Shown here piece after piece: positions 45,461 through 54,041 of a stretch of DNA of 64,000 nt (within the stretch, counting starts at the first letter, position 1; every line of letters starts with the position of its first letter). Origin of the DNA: Patescibacteria group bacterium (lineage in GTDB: Bacteria; Patescibacteriota; UBA1384; XYA2-FULL-43-10; 1-14-0-10-43-13); the NCBI GenBank assembly GCA_041671645.1, contig JBAZBD010000001.1, forward strand, positions 173,365 to 237,364, in the 5' to 3' direction. The notes beneath the pieces were generated by a model. The model did not search any database and was not told where the DNA came from. It saw nothing but the letters and a program-made list of their open reading frames with translations. Both the position numbers and the translations under genes were made by a program.

Positions 45461-45585
45461 AATTACTAATTAATAGTTACTAATTACCTAATTAAATCTC
45501 AAGATCCGAGTGTCCAATTGGACATTAAATAATTGGGACTTATTTAGAAATTAGAGCAATTAGATCAATTAGAAATTCTATATAT
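45461..45585. repeat. AT-rich ttctaatt/aattag-family repeat cluster; it contains the 14-bp perfect palindrome TGTCCAATTGGACA (45511-45524)
   Basis: ttactaattaatagttactaattacctaatt ... ttagaaattagagcaattagatcaattagaaatt. Confidence 0.6.
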
Positions 45586-45699
45586 CTTTCTACCATCATT
45601 TCTGATCACTCGGCCGAAACGCCCTGAGAGAAATAGTTTGCTGTGTCCAAAATTTATGTGGCACACACTATCCTACTCTTTTCGCTTTGACGGTGATCG

Positions 45700-45830
45700 G
45701 AGCAGTTCTTCTGGCCTATTCGGCTGTGCTTGCCATCTATTATATAGGTGACCAGCCAGCTGAATTAGGCATCCCGGTAGAAGCACTGAAACCCGTAAGG
45801 GGGAGGTTAAGCTTCGGGAGGAGAATTATA
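45700..45830 (+). promoter_or_regulatory. Conserved ~110-130 nt 5' leader module, copy 1 (duplicated at 46676-46792)
   Basis: ccagctgaattaggcatcccggtagaagcactgaaacccgtaagggggaggttaagcttcgggaggag is ~90% identical to copy 2. The RBS GGGAGGAG can pair with the upstream CCCG. Confidence 0.55.
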
Positions 45831-46184
45831 ATGATACTGAACAATAAGCCAGAGGCCGTGGAGCTTCTGATGTCTCTCGGCTATCGCGAAGCCGACGGAA
45901 AATTTTCGAAAGACAATAATGAGGGCCACACAGTCGTGGTCGAATTCGTTGAAACTACAACCAATGACGGTACAACCGTGCCAATTATGGTGGTAGCGGA
46001 CCCATATTTCACCCCGGGTGGGGTGTTCCGTACCTCGAGTGAGGTATTCCATTATCCTATCGATGCGGGATCCCTGCACGAGGGGATCGGATATTTCCTC
46101 CATCAGGAGGATATAGAAGTCTGGGTGGACGAAGAGGGGGAGGAGCAATCCTCCAGCAGCAACAAAAACTACTGCTGGATATAA
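45831..46184 (+). CDS. Small hypothetical protein P1 (117 aa); the ORF frame extends upstream to 45687
   Basis: The start MILNNKPEAV is 7 nt after GGGAGGAG. It is followed by a conserved 3' hairpin and a terminator. Confidence 0.5.
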   Translation: MILNNKPEAVELLMSLGYREADGKFSKDNNEGHTVVVEFVETTTNDGTTVPIMVVADPYFTPGGVFRTSSEVFHYPIDAGSLHEGIGYFLHQEDIEVWVDEEGEEQSSSSNKNYCWI

Positions 46185-46526
46185 GCAGTAGCCATTAAAC
46201 TATTGGTTTTGCTTGTTGAGCCATTGTATCAACAAGCCGGGTGCCAGACTGAATTCTGGCAGTTCAAAGGAGGTTTTTATGACTTTGAACGTTTAGGTTT
46301 GCTGGTTGTCCGTTAACAATCAGATATGGTCGTAACACACTTGCACGACCAATCTCACCCTGAGGAGAGCAAGGGGTAAGTCAGCCCATTTCTGCCTAAA
46401 AAGCAAGCAGAAATAAAGAGACAAGGCCGATTCTCGATCGGCGTTGAGGTGATAACTTCAGGAGTTTCACCAATCGAGAAACAGGCTTCTATTGCCTGGG
46501 ACGAAAGTCCGAAAATAGCAATTTCA

Positions 46527-46549
46527 TCTCTCGCCACGAAGGTGAGAGA
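46527..46549 (+). repeat. Conserved 3' hairpin element H1 (copy also at 47187-47209)
   Basis: tctctcgcc-acgaa-ggtgagaga inside the shared aattcatctctcRccacgaaggtgagagaaaat. Confidence 0.6.
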
Positions 46550-46558
46550 AAATATCCC

Positions 46559-46610
46559 GAAGCGCACCGCAAAGTGAATTATTCACTTGGTGCGCTTCAA
46601 ACCTTTTGAT
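46559..46610 (+). terminator. Rho-independent terminator T1
   Basis: A 10-bp stem GAAGCGCACC...GGTGCGCTTC is followed by aaaccttttg. Confidence 0.7.
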
Positions 46611-46675
46611 TCTGAATGTATTAAATAAACTATTTATTTAGCCATGCCGAATTAAAACGACAAAATCCTTTAAGT

Positions 46676-46792
46676 ATTTCCTACTCGGCTGCGCCCTGCA
46701 CCTTTTCGAAGATGAATGGCCAGCTGAATAGGCATCCCGATAAAAGCACTGAAACCCGAAAGGGGGAGGTTAAGCTTCGGGAGGAGAAAAAG
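46676..46792 (+). promoter_or_regulatory. Conserved 5' leader module, copy 2
   Basis: cctactcggctgcgc...ccagctgaataggcatcccgataaaagcactgaaacccgaaagggggaggttaagcttcgggaggag. Confidence 0.55.
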
Positions 46793-47056
46793 ATGATCAC
46801 AAAAGGCACAATCCGCAAAGCGCGGGTTGAAAATATTGCGAACGGAAAGATCTCCGTTCGCACCGGAAATTATGCCGGAACTTCGGCACATGATGTTGCC
46901 GAGTTCGAAATCTCCGGCAATTTGCCGGAGATTGGGAGATTCATCTCCCTCAGCGTCCAGCATGAGCGCTGGACTGAAACGTGCCAGGATGGCGATGATC
47001 AGCTGCAATCATATTGCAGCCGGCATAGTGTCAGTAAATGGCACTATGTCGAGTAG
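46793..47056 (+). CDS. Small hypothetical protein P2 (87 aa)
   Basis: The start MITKGTIRKAR is 6 nt after GGGAGGAG. It is followed by hairpin H2 and terminator T2. Confidence 0.45.
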   Translation: MITKGTIRKARVENIANGKISVRTGNYAGTSAHDVAEFEISGNLPEIGRFISLSVQHERWTETCQDGDDQLQSYCSRHSVSKWHYVE

Positions 47057-47186
47057 AATGGTCAGCTGTTTAGAGATATCAGTGCAAAAAATAATCTTAT
47101 CGAATCATCTGCGGAAAGATGGATAAAGTTGCAGGACTGTATGTCTGCCGTCACTTGTCGAGGACGAATCAGAGACAACGAATTCA

Positions 47187-47209
47187 TCTCTCACCACGAA
47201 GGTGAGAGA
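47187..47209 (+). repeat. Conserved 3' hairpin element H2
   Basis: tctctcacc-acgaa-ggtgagaga, a perfect 9-bp stem. Confidence 0.6.
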
Positions 47210-47218
47210 AAATTACCG

Positions 47219-47264
47219 GAGAGACATTGCCATAACGGCGGTGTCTCTCAACCTTTTTCTTTTG
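47219..47264 (+). terminator. Rho-independent terminator T2
   Basis: The stem GAGAGACA...TGTCTCTC is followed by aacctttttctttt. Confidence 0.7.
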
Positions 47265-47289
47265 AGAAATAGACAAATCAACCATTTGA

Positions 47290-47580
47290 TTTATTTTTCC
47301 TCGAAAGAGGATTGATTTTTTTGACCTGCGGGTGCAAATGTGGCGGCTTGAGCCGCCTTAAGAGCACAAGTTCTTGAGAGCTAACGCTTTCAGGGCAAGC
47401 ATTTGAGAGCGGCAACCTATTAACCATAATTTATGGAGAGGAGGAACAAGTTGCCAACTCCTGCATTTCGCTCGCAGATCCAAATTATTTATTAAGAAAA
47501 CCGTCAATAGAAATATCGGCGGTTTTTTGTTATTCATTTTCTTTCGTCAATACTTTATACTAAATACAAACCACTAATTT
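47290..47580 (+). promoter_or_regulatory. Structured ~290-nt leader upstream of mntH with a terminator/attenuator hairpin (47497-47528); candidate riboswitch or attenuator
   Basis: Hairpins include GGCGGC-ttga-GCCGCC (47342-47357) and GGCAAC...GTTGCC. The attenuator hairpin AAAACCG...CGGTTTTTT sits just before the RBS gtgagggg. Confidence 0.4.
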
Positions 47581-47591
47581 GTGAGGGGAAT

Positions 47592-49058
47592 ATGTCGGAA
47601 GAAAAATACGTTGCAGAAGTAGCGGCTCAGTCGGACGGACACAAACATTTCACGATCTCGGAATTTCGCCATGAACTAGGCATTCCGCTCATTTTGGCTC
47701 GCAAGCTTATTGTTTGGGGTATCGTCGAAGTTGAGAGAACGGCCGATGGCACATTCCGTATCACCGAAGCAGAGCTCAATGAAGCGCGGGAAATTCTAAA
47801 GCATCCCTTCACCAAGGCGAAGCTTTTCTTTCGTGCTCTCGGGCCTGGAATCATTACAGGCGCGGCGGATGACGACCCTTCTGGTATAGGCACTTACTCT
47901 TCGGTCGGCGCACAGTATGGCTTTGGCTTGATATGGTTGGCGCCATGGCTCTTGCCACTTATGACAGCGGTGCAGGAAGCCTGCGCTCGTATCGGCATTG
48001 TCACCAACAGAGGGCTGGCTGGAGTGCTGATGAAACATTATCGCAAGTGGTTTGTTGCGATTATTATTTTGCTTTTGATCGTAGCCAACGTCGCCAACAT
48101 CGGAGCGGATATTTCCGCCATGTCTGCGACTGTCAATATGCTTGTCCCAGTAAACTATTATGTAGTGGCGGTCGCCCTGACCGTATTGATCATATTGATT
48201 GAGATAATGATACCGTATCGGGTCTACTCCAAAATATTAAAGTGGCTCACTTTGTCGCTCTTCGCCTATCTAATCACGGGATTCATCATCCATCCTGATT
48301 GGCTCATGATCTTCAAAGAGGCACTCACGCCCAATGTTATTTTCGACAAGGCATATATATTCGCAATAGTGGCAGTCTTTGGAACTACGATCAGCCCCTA
48401 CCTATTCTTCTGGCAAACTTCTGAGGAAGTGGAGGAGAAAAAGGTTGAGAGGCGTGAAGGGACATTACAGAAGCTGACCGGCCGAATTGCCCATATGAGA
48501 ACAGATGTGAGGACAGGGATGGTTTTTGCCAATCTAACATTCTTCTTCATCGTTCTAACAACTGCCAAGGTGCTCAATGCAAACGGAATTTTTAGCATTG
48601 ATTCGCCTCAGCAGGCAGCTGAAGCGCTTCGACCCTTTGCTGGTGACCAAGCATTTCTGCTATTCGCTCTAGGAATTCTGGGCACTGGTCTCTTGGCCAT
48701 ACCTGTCCTGGCCGGCTCGGGCGCTTACGCTCTTGCGGAGCTGATGAACTGGCGTGAGGGACTGGACGAGAAGTTCTCAAGGGCCAAGGCCTTTTATCTA
48801 GTTATTTCCTTCTCCGTGATCGTCGGCCTGCTCCTCAATTTCATCGGCATTAATCCGATGAAAGCACTCTACTACTCTGCATATCTCAACGGTATTATTT
48901 CGATTCCTCTTCTCTTCGTGATCATGATCGTGGGGAACGACAAGAGAATTATGGGCCGCGAGACTCATCCGGCTTGGGTCAAAATATTTGGCTGGGCCGC
49001 CTTTGCCTTCGCCTCGGCTGGACTAGTCCTGACCATTATATTGAGCTTGGTCAAATAA
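47592..49058 (+). CDS. mntH: NRAMP-family divalent metal (Mn2+/Fe2+) transporter with a ~70-aa N-terminal extension
   Basis: LGPGIITGAADDDPSGIGTYSSVGAQYGFGLIW matches the NRAMP DPGN region. There are ~11 TM helices. Confidence 0.8.
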   Translation: MSEEKYVAEVAAQSDGHKHFTISEFRHELGIPLILARKLIVWGIVEVERTADGTFRITEAELNEAREILKHPFTKAKLFFRALGPGIITGAADDDPSGIGTYSSVGAQYGFGLIWLAPWLLPLMTAVQEACARIGIVTNRGLAGVLMKHYRKWFVAIIILLLIVANVANIGADISAMSATVNMLVPVNYYVVAVALTVLIILIEIMIPYRVYSKILKWLTLSLFAYLITGFIIHPDWLMIFKEALTPNVIFDKAYIFAIVAVFGTTISPYLFFWQTSEEVEEKKVERREGTLQKLTGRIAHMRTDVRTGMVFANLTFFFIVLTTAKVLNANGIFSIDSPQQAAEALRPFAGDQAFLLFALGILGTGLLAIPVLAGSGAYALAELMNWREGLDEKFSRAKAFYLVISFSVIVGLLLNFIGINPMKALYYSAYLNGIISIPLLFVIMIVGNDKRIMGRETHPAWVKIFGWAAFAFASAGLVLTIILSLVK

Positions 49059-49066
49059 AATCCCCG

Positions 49067-49345
49067 CTATGCCTTAGGCAGCGGGGTGATTGCGTAGTTC
49101 TCCCTGAAAACGTACCCACTTATGTGGAGATGGAAATTTTCTCCATCCTTTGTTAGTACAAGTACTTTACCGACCATGATGTCGTTTAGTGTTATCAGAC
49201 GGTATCCAGACAGCTCCTCTGGAAGATTTTCAACCTCAAAAGTTTGGGTTGTCGGGTGAAAGTAGGCAGGCACCATGATGGGGCCTTGTTTAAGCTCTGG
49301 GCTTACACATATCATGTAAACCGGCGGTTTTGTTTCTCCTGACAT
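49067..49345 (-). CDS. Hypothetical protein (92 aa)
   Basis: The RBS aggagg is upstream of the ATG. The gene is convergent with mntH and has no overlap. Confidence 0.45.
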   Translation of the reverse strand: MSGETKPPVYMICVSPELKQGPIMVPAYFHPTTQTFEVENLPEELSGYRLITLNDIMVGKVLVLTKDGENFHLHISGYVFRENYAITPLPKA

Positions 49346-49436
49346 TACACATTCAACCTCCTACTAGATTTTGTTATAATATAGCACATATAAAGAAAAT
49401 ATGGTATAGTGAGGCGTAAAATTATCTAGGAATATC

Positions 49437-50132
49437 ATGGATAACGAGAAAAAAGGAACTTTATATATTGTCGCAACGCCGATCGGTAACCTCTCCGACA
49501 TGACTTTGCGTGGGCTCGAAATATTGAAAAGTGTTGATCTGATCGCTTGCGAAGACACCAGGAATACTGGGGTACTACTCAAACATTTTGAGATCAGCAA
49601 ACCTTTGGTTTCTTATTTTCAACATTCAAAAATTGGCAAAATAGAGCAATTAATCCAGGAATTGAAAAGCGGCAAAGACATTGCTTTGGTTTCTGACGCC
49701 GGAACTCCAGGCATTTCAGACCCTGGCGAATATTTAATTTCTCAAATACGAGATCAATTCCCTGAGATCAATGTTATTCCTATTCCGGGCGTGAGCGCAG
49801 TGGTTGCGGCCGCGAGTGTTTCCGGGCTAATTGATAAAGAATATTATTTTGCTGGGTTTTTGCCGAAGAAAAAGGGCCGACAGACCAAATTCAAATCTTT
49901 CTCAACTTTGGATTGCCCTATTGTTATCTACGAAAATGCATTGAGACTAGAGCGAACGCTCAAGGACGTGCAGACATATCTAGGCGAGGATACAGAAGTG
50001 TTCATCGCTCGTGAAATCACCAAAATGTTTGAAGAATATTGGGGCGGTAGTGTCTCAATTGTGCTTGAAAATCTCAAAAAGCATACTCTAAAAGGGGAAA
50101 TCGTACTAATTGTGAAGAGGCTGGTCAAATAA
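49437..50132 (+). CDS. rsmI: 16S rRNA (cytidine1402-2'-O)-methyltransferase
   Basis: LYIVATPIGNLSDMTLRGLEILKSVDLIACEDTR matches RsmI. Confidence 0.9.
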   Translation: MDNEKKGTLYIVATPIGNLSDMTLRGLEILKSVDLIACEDTRNTGVLLKHFEISKPLVSYFQHSKIGKIEQLIQELKSGKDIALVSDAGTPGISDPGEYLISQIRDQFPEINVIPIPGVSAVVAAASVSGLIDKEYYFAGFLPKKKGRQTKFKSFSTLDCPIVIYENALRLERTLKDVQTYLGEDTEVFIAREITKMFEEYWGGSVSIVLENLKKHTLKGEIVLIVKRLVK

Positions 50133-50198
50133 GGGTTGCCGATTGATCTCAAAACGGCTATACTAGCGGTGGAAAACGGCGTTGAGAGGAGGGGTACT

Positions 50199-50633
50199 AT
50201 GTATTGGACTATTCCGATTTTCCTGTTAGCAGTTTTTGTTTGCTTACGAAAAAAGCGAAAGCTGCAAGCGCAACTCAAGGAACTATATGACGTTCTGTGT
50301 GCAACCTACTATACAGAACAGGAACGACAGATAGCAGTGGGGCGAGCATGCGAAATTGCCGTCTTACTGTTTGGCCGGCTTGTTGAGAATTCTCTCGCAA
50401 AGCCTATCGTCTTCAAAGGTGAGAAGGTTCTCGCCGTCAAACTGGCAGTGCCCAAGGATTCTCCTTGTACCGTTTTTTTGACGCGCAAAGGCGAGTTTGC
50501 TATCAGCCCGACGGACGATAAGTTCGGCACCAAACAGCGCTGTCTCGCGCTGTTGAGCCATGAATACAAAATGGAGGCGCTCAAAATCGCCTTCAAGGAG
50601 ATGTTCGAAGAACACCTCAAAATCACGGCCTAA
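50199..50633 (+). CDS. Membrane-anchored hypothetical protein (144 aa); the ORF could extend to 50136
   Basis: The RBS aggagggg precedes the ATG at 50199. The TM segment is WTIPIFLLAVFVCL. Confidence 0.5.
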   Translation: MYWTIPIFLLAVFVCLRKKRKLQAQLKELYDVLCATYYTEQERQIAVGRACEIAVLLFGRLVENSLAKPIVFKGEKVLAVKLAVPKDSPCTVFLTRKGEFAISPTDDKFGTKQRCLALLSHEYKMEALKIAFKEMFEEHLKITA

Positions 50634-50705
50634 CGCCCCGATACTGAATCGGGGCATTTTTATTTGGCCATTGAGAGAAGTGATCGCTTTTGTTATCATC
50701 TATTT

Positions 50706-52130
50706 ATGAGCAAATATTATATTACGACCCCGATCTATTATATCAACGACGTTCCACATATTGGCCACGCGTACACTACGATCGCGGTGGACGTATTGGC
50801 GCGTTATCATCGCGCCAAAGGCGACGATGTTTTTTTCCTGACTGGTACTGACGAACATGGCGCCAAGATAGCTGAGGCGGCTGAAAAATTGGGCAAGACG
50901 CCTCGAGAATTTGCGGATGAACTGGTTCCGAAATTTGCTGACGTCTGGAAGAAGTTGAACATTTCATATGACCAATTTTTTCGCACGACCAACCCAAAGC
51001 ATGAGGAGTATGTTCAGGATTTTGTCGAGGATTTGCAAGAAAATGGCTATATCGAAAAGCGTGAATACGAAGGGCTATACTGTGTCGGATGCGAGAAATT
51101 CTTGAAAGAATCAGACCTAGTGGAGGGCTGTTGTCCAGATCACAAGAAGCCACCGGTCAAGCAAAAAGAGGAGAATTATTTCTTCAAGCTGTCAGAACTC
51201 CAGGACAAATTGCTTGAGCGGATAGAAAATGGGGAGCTGAAAATTGCCCCCGAATCACGAAAGAACGAGATTGTTGGCAAGATCAAGCAAGGTTTGGAGG
51301 ATGTCTCGATTTCTCGTGCGGCGGTAGAGTGGGGCGTCTCATACCCAGGCGATTCCAAGCAGACAATTTATGTTTGGATTGATGCCTTGCTCAATTATTA
51401 CACTGCTTGCGAGATATACGAGAAGGAGAAATTCTGGCCTGCCAGTCTGCATCTGATGGCGAAGGATATCGTCTGGTTTCATGCCGTGATCTGGCCAGCG
51501 ATGCTGATCGCTCTTGATCTGCCATTGCCCCGCAAGGTCTTTGCCCACGGTTTCTTTACCGTGAATGGCCAGAAAATGAGCAAGACGATTGGCAATGTGA
51601 TTGATCCAAATGTAATTATCGAGAAATATGGTGCCGATGCAGTCAGATTCTATCTACTCTCCGCCTTCCCTTTTGGCGAAGACGGCGATGTCTCGCTCGA
51701 AAAGCTGGCCCTCTCTTACAACAAGCTGGCCAATGATATTGGTAACTTGCTGCAGAGAACAATCTCGATGATGGTCAAGTATAACGTATCAGGTATAACG
51801 TATAAGGGAGAAGAAGATTCTGTAATACGTGATACGAAATACGAAATACGAATCGACAAAGAATTAGACAGTCTTGATTTCGCTGGGGCGTTGAAGAAAA
51901 TCACCGATGTAGCACAGGCAGAGAATAAATATATTGCTGACAGAGAGCCCTGGACTTTGGCAAAAGAGGGCAAGACGGAGGAGCTGACACAAACTTTACA
52001 GCATTCATACGATTGCTTGACCTCATTGGCTCAAGTGTTGCAGCCTTTCATGCCAGAAACGGCAGAGAAAATGGCTAGTCAATTAAAATCTCTAGAACCG
52101 ATGCCACTTTTCCCTCGAATTGAATCATAA
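50706..52130 (+). CDS. metG: Methionyl-tRNA synthetase (short form); the ORF could extend to 50664
   Basis: The HIGH region is YYITTPIYYINDVPHIGHAYTT, the Zn knuckle is CVGCEKF...CPDH, and KMSKT is present. Confidence 0.9.
   Translation: MSKYYITTPIYYINDVPHIGHAYTTIAVDVLARYHRAKGDDVFFLTGTDEHGAKIAEAAEKLGKTPREFADELVPKFADVWKKLNISYDQFFRTTNPKHEEYVQDFVEDLQENGYIEKREYEGLYCVGCEKFLKESDLVEGCCPDHKKPPVKQKEENYFFKLSELQDKLLERIENGELKIAPESRKNEIVGKIKQGLEDVSISRAAVEWGVSYPGDSKQTIYVWIDALLNYYTACEIYEKEKFWPASLHLMAKDIVWFHAVIWPAMLIALDLPLPRKVFAHGFFTVNGQKMSKTIGNVIDPNVIIEKYGADAVRFYLLSAFPFGEDGDVSLEKLALSYNKLANDIGNLLQRTISMMVKYNVSGITYKGEEDSVIRDTKYEIRIDKELDSLDFAGALKKITDVAQAENKYIADREPWTLAKEGKTEELTQTLQHSYDCLTSLAQVLQPFMPETAEKMASQLKSLEPMPLFPRIES
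51779..51855. repeat. Direct repeats inside metG, in frame: (gtataacgtat)x2 then (ATACGAA)x3
   Basis: agtataacgtatcaggtataacgtataag ... gatacgaaatacgaaatacgaatcg. Confidence 0.7.
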
Positions 52131-52989
52131 TTTTTGGAGGAAGATCATGCTTTTTGCATTCCTGGCGTCTCTTTTGAGCGCCGGTGAAGATATTATCAAC
52201 AAAATAATTTTGGGAAAGATGAAGCTGGCTGTGCAGGAGTATTTGCCGATCGCTTTTGCTTTCATCACCGTGATTTCGCTTTTCCTGGCTCCAATAGATT
52301 TTCGTTTTGATTCGACCGTCTTGAGCTTGCCACATTTGCTGATTTTTGTACTGCTGCTCGCTTCTTCTACAATTTGGAATATTCTTCTCGCCAAAAGTAT
52401 GAAAACAGAGCCGCTTCACGAGTACGAAGCTATTATCCTGACTGTGCCGCTGGCCACCGTGATCATGGCGATGATATTTCTCCCCGGCGAGAGGAACACG
52501 AGTGCGATTATCGCTGGTATTGTTTCGACTTTGGCACTGCTAATTTTCAAATTCAAGAAACATCACCTTAATTTTTCCAAAACAGCCTCCCGAACCGCTT
52601 TGGCGGTCGTGTTTATCGCCGTTGAAGCCATTTGTATCAAGACTCTGCTCGTTGACCTCTCTCCGGCTCTTCTTTATTTTTTCAGAGTATTCTTCCTCAC
52701 GATTATCTTCCACATCATCTTCAAACCGAATTATGACATTCTCAAAATTAAGCCAGTCAGGATGGGCTTGCTTGCGGCATCCCTGATCGGCGCTACGCTC
52801 ATGGTGTTAAAATACTCAGCCTTTGCAGAAATCGGCGTTGTTCACTCCACGATTATCCTCCTCCTGGCGCCACTTCTGACATATCTGGGCTCATATTTCT
52901 ACTTCAAGGAGCGCCGGAATTTTGTGCCAGACTTAGCTTGCGCTGGAGTTACAATCGCGTGCATAATATATGCAACACTAGCAAGGTAA
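52120..52989 (+). CDS. Polytopic membrane protein, DMT/EamA-like (tentative)
   Basis: It has ~9-10 hydrophobic helices, begins 8 bp before the metG stop, and its stop is immediately before tatD. Confidence 0.5.
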   Translation: MNHNFWRKIMLFAFLASLLSAGEDIINKIILGKMKLAVQEYLPIAFAFITVISLFLAPIDFRFDSTVLSLPHLLIFVLLLASSTIWNILLAKSMKTEPLHEYEAIILTVPLATVIMAMIFLPGERNTSAIIAGIVSTLALLIFKFKKHHLNFSKTASRTALAVVFIAVEAICIKTLLVDLSPALLYFFRVFFLTIIFHIIFKPNYDILKIKPVRMGLLAASLIGATLMVLKYSAFAEIGVVHSTIILLLAPLLTYLGSYFYFKERRNFVPDLACAGVTIACIIYATLAR

Positions 52990-53003
52990 TTATTAATTAG
53001 AAA

Positions 53004-53801
53004 TTGGAACACAACGTGTTCATCGATACTCACTGCCATTTGGATTTTCCAGAGTTCAAGACCGAAGTGCCGGGTGTGCTTGGTCGTGCCAAGGAAGCGC
53101 ACGTCGAGAGACTTGTCAACGTCGGCGTCGATTGCGACACTTCGAAGCATTCAGTTGACCTGGCTCGGAAATATCCCGAAGTATATGCTTCTGTCGGCAT
53201 CCATCCGCATAGCGCCAAAGAGCTGGACATCGAGTCCAGAGGTTGGTTGATGGCTCTCTCAAATCACGAGAAAGTGGTAGCGATCGGTGAGATAGGGCTC
53301 GACTATTATTATCTCAAGCGTTCGAGCAAATATGCACATTATCCTACCCGCGAAGAGCAAATGTTCTGTTTTGAGCAAATGCTTGATCTGGCCATGGAGA
53401 CAAATCTGCCAGCCATAATTCATGCTCGTGAGGCTGATGCCGATCTTCTCGGGATTTTGAAGTCTTACCACGGCCAACTTCGAGCGGTGATGCACTGCTT
53501 CTCGAGCAATTGGGAAGTGGCGGAAAAGTTGATCGATATGGGTTTTGCTCTCTCGTTCACTGGCAATATTACGTATAAAAATCCAGATATTGCGGAGGTG
53601 ATACGGAAGACTCCGCTAGCCAATATTATGATTGAAACAGATTCTCCTTATTTGGCGCCTGAGCTATACCGTGGCAAGAGAAACGAGCCCGCTTTTGTCG
53701 TTGAAGTAGCCAAGAAGATCGCCTTGATCAAGGGGATTTCTTTGGCTGAAGTTGAGATGGAAACGACCAAAAAAGCGATGAAGTTTTTCGGAATTAGATA
53801 A
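53004..53801 (+). CDS. tatD: TatD-family metal-dependent DNase/hydrolase (non-ATG start; the exact start is uncertain)
   Basis: IDTHCHLDFPEF, EIGLDYYY, HAREADADLL and IETDSPYL are present. Confidence 0.85.
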   Translation: MEHNVFIDTHCHLDFPEFKTEVPGVLGRAKEAHVERLVNVGVDCDTSKHSVDLARKYPEVYASVGIHPHSAKELDIESRGWLMALSNHEKVVAIGEIGLDYYYLKRSSKYAHYPTREEQMFCFEQMLDLAMETNLPAIIHAREADADLLGILKSYHGQLRAVMHCFSSNWEVAEKLIDMGFALSFTGNITYKNPDIAEVIRKTPLANIMIETDSPYLAPELYRGKRNEPAFVVEVAKKIALIKGISLAEVEMETTKKAMKFFGIR

Positions 53802-54041
53802 TCAATAACGGATTACCCCGAGACAAAGTCTTCCCTTCGGGAAAGGGGACCCTTAGGGTCGAATTGTTCAAATTACAAATGTCCAACAGAACAAGTCGCT
53901 CGAAAGAGCGGTTTCTGTGTTTAAACACATTGACAAATTGAGCTCAAAGTGATATAATGTATTGGTGATTAGTCAATCACCAACGGCTCTGCCGTAGGCT
54001 GATCAACGCAGCTATACAACAAATTCGAGCTGCCCATTTGC

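Noticed and set aside
46670-47126. ORFs 46670-47008(-), 46681-46863(-) and 46827-47126(+)
   Set aside because: They are antisense to, or frame-shifted against, the RBS-supported small gene 46793-47056. They are likely spurious.
44728-47591. Integron-like cassette array (the 3' hairpins as attC sites)
   Set aside because: There is no intI. The hairpins are perfect short palindromes without RYYYAAC/GTTRRRY core sites. Each cassette has its own RBS module and terminator.
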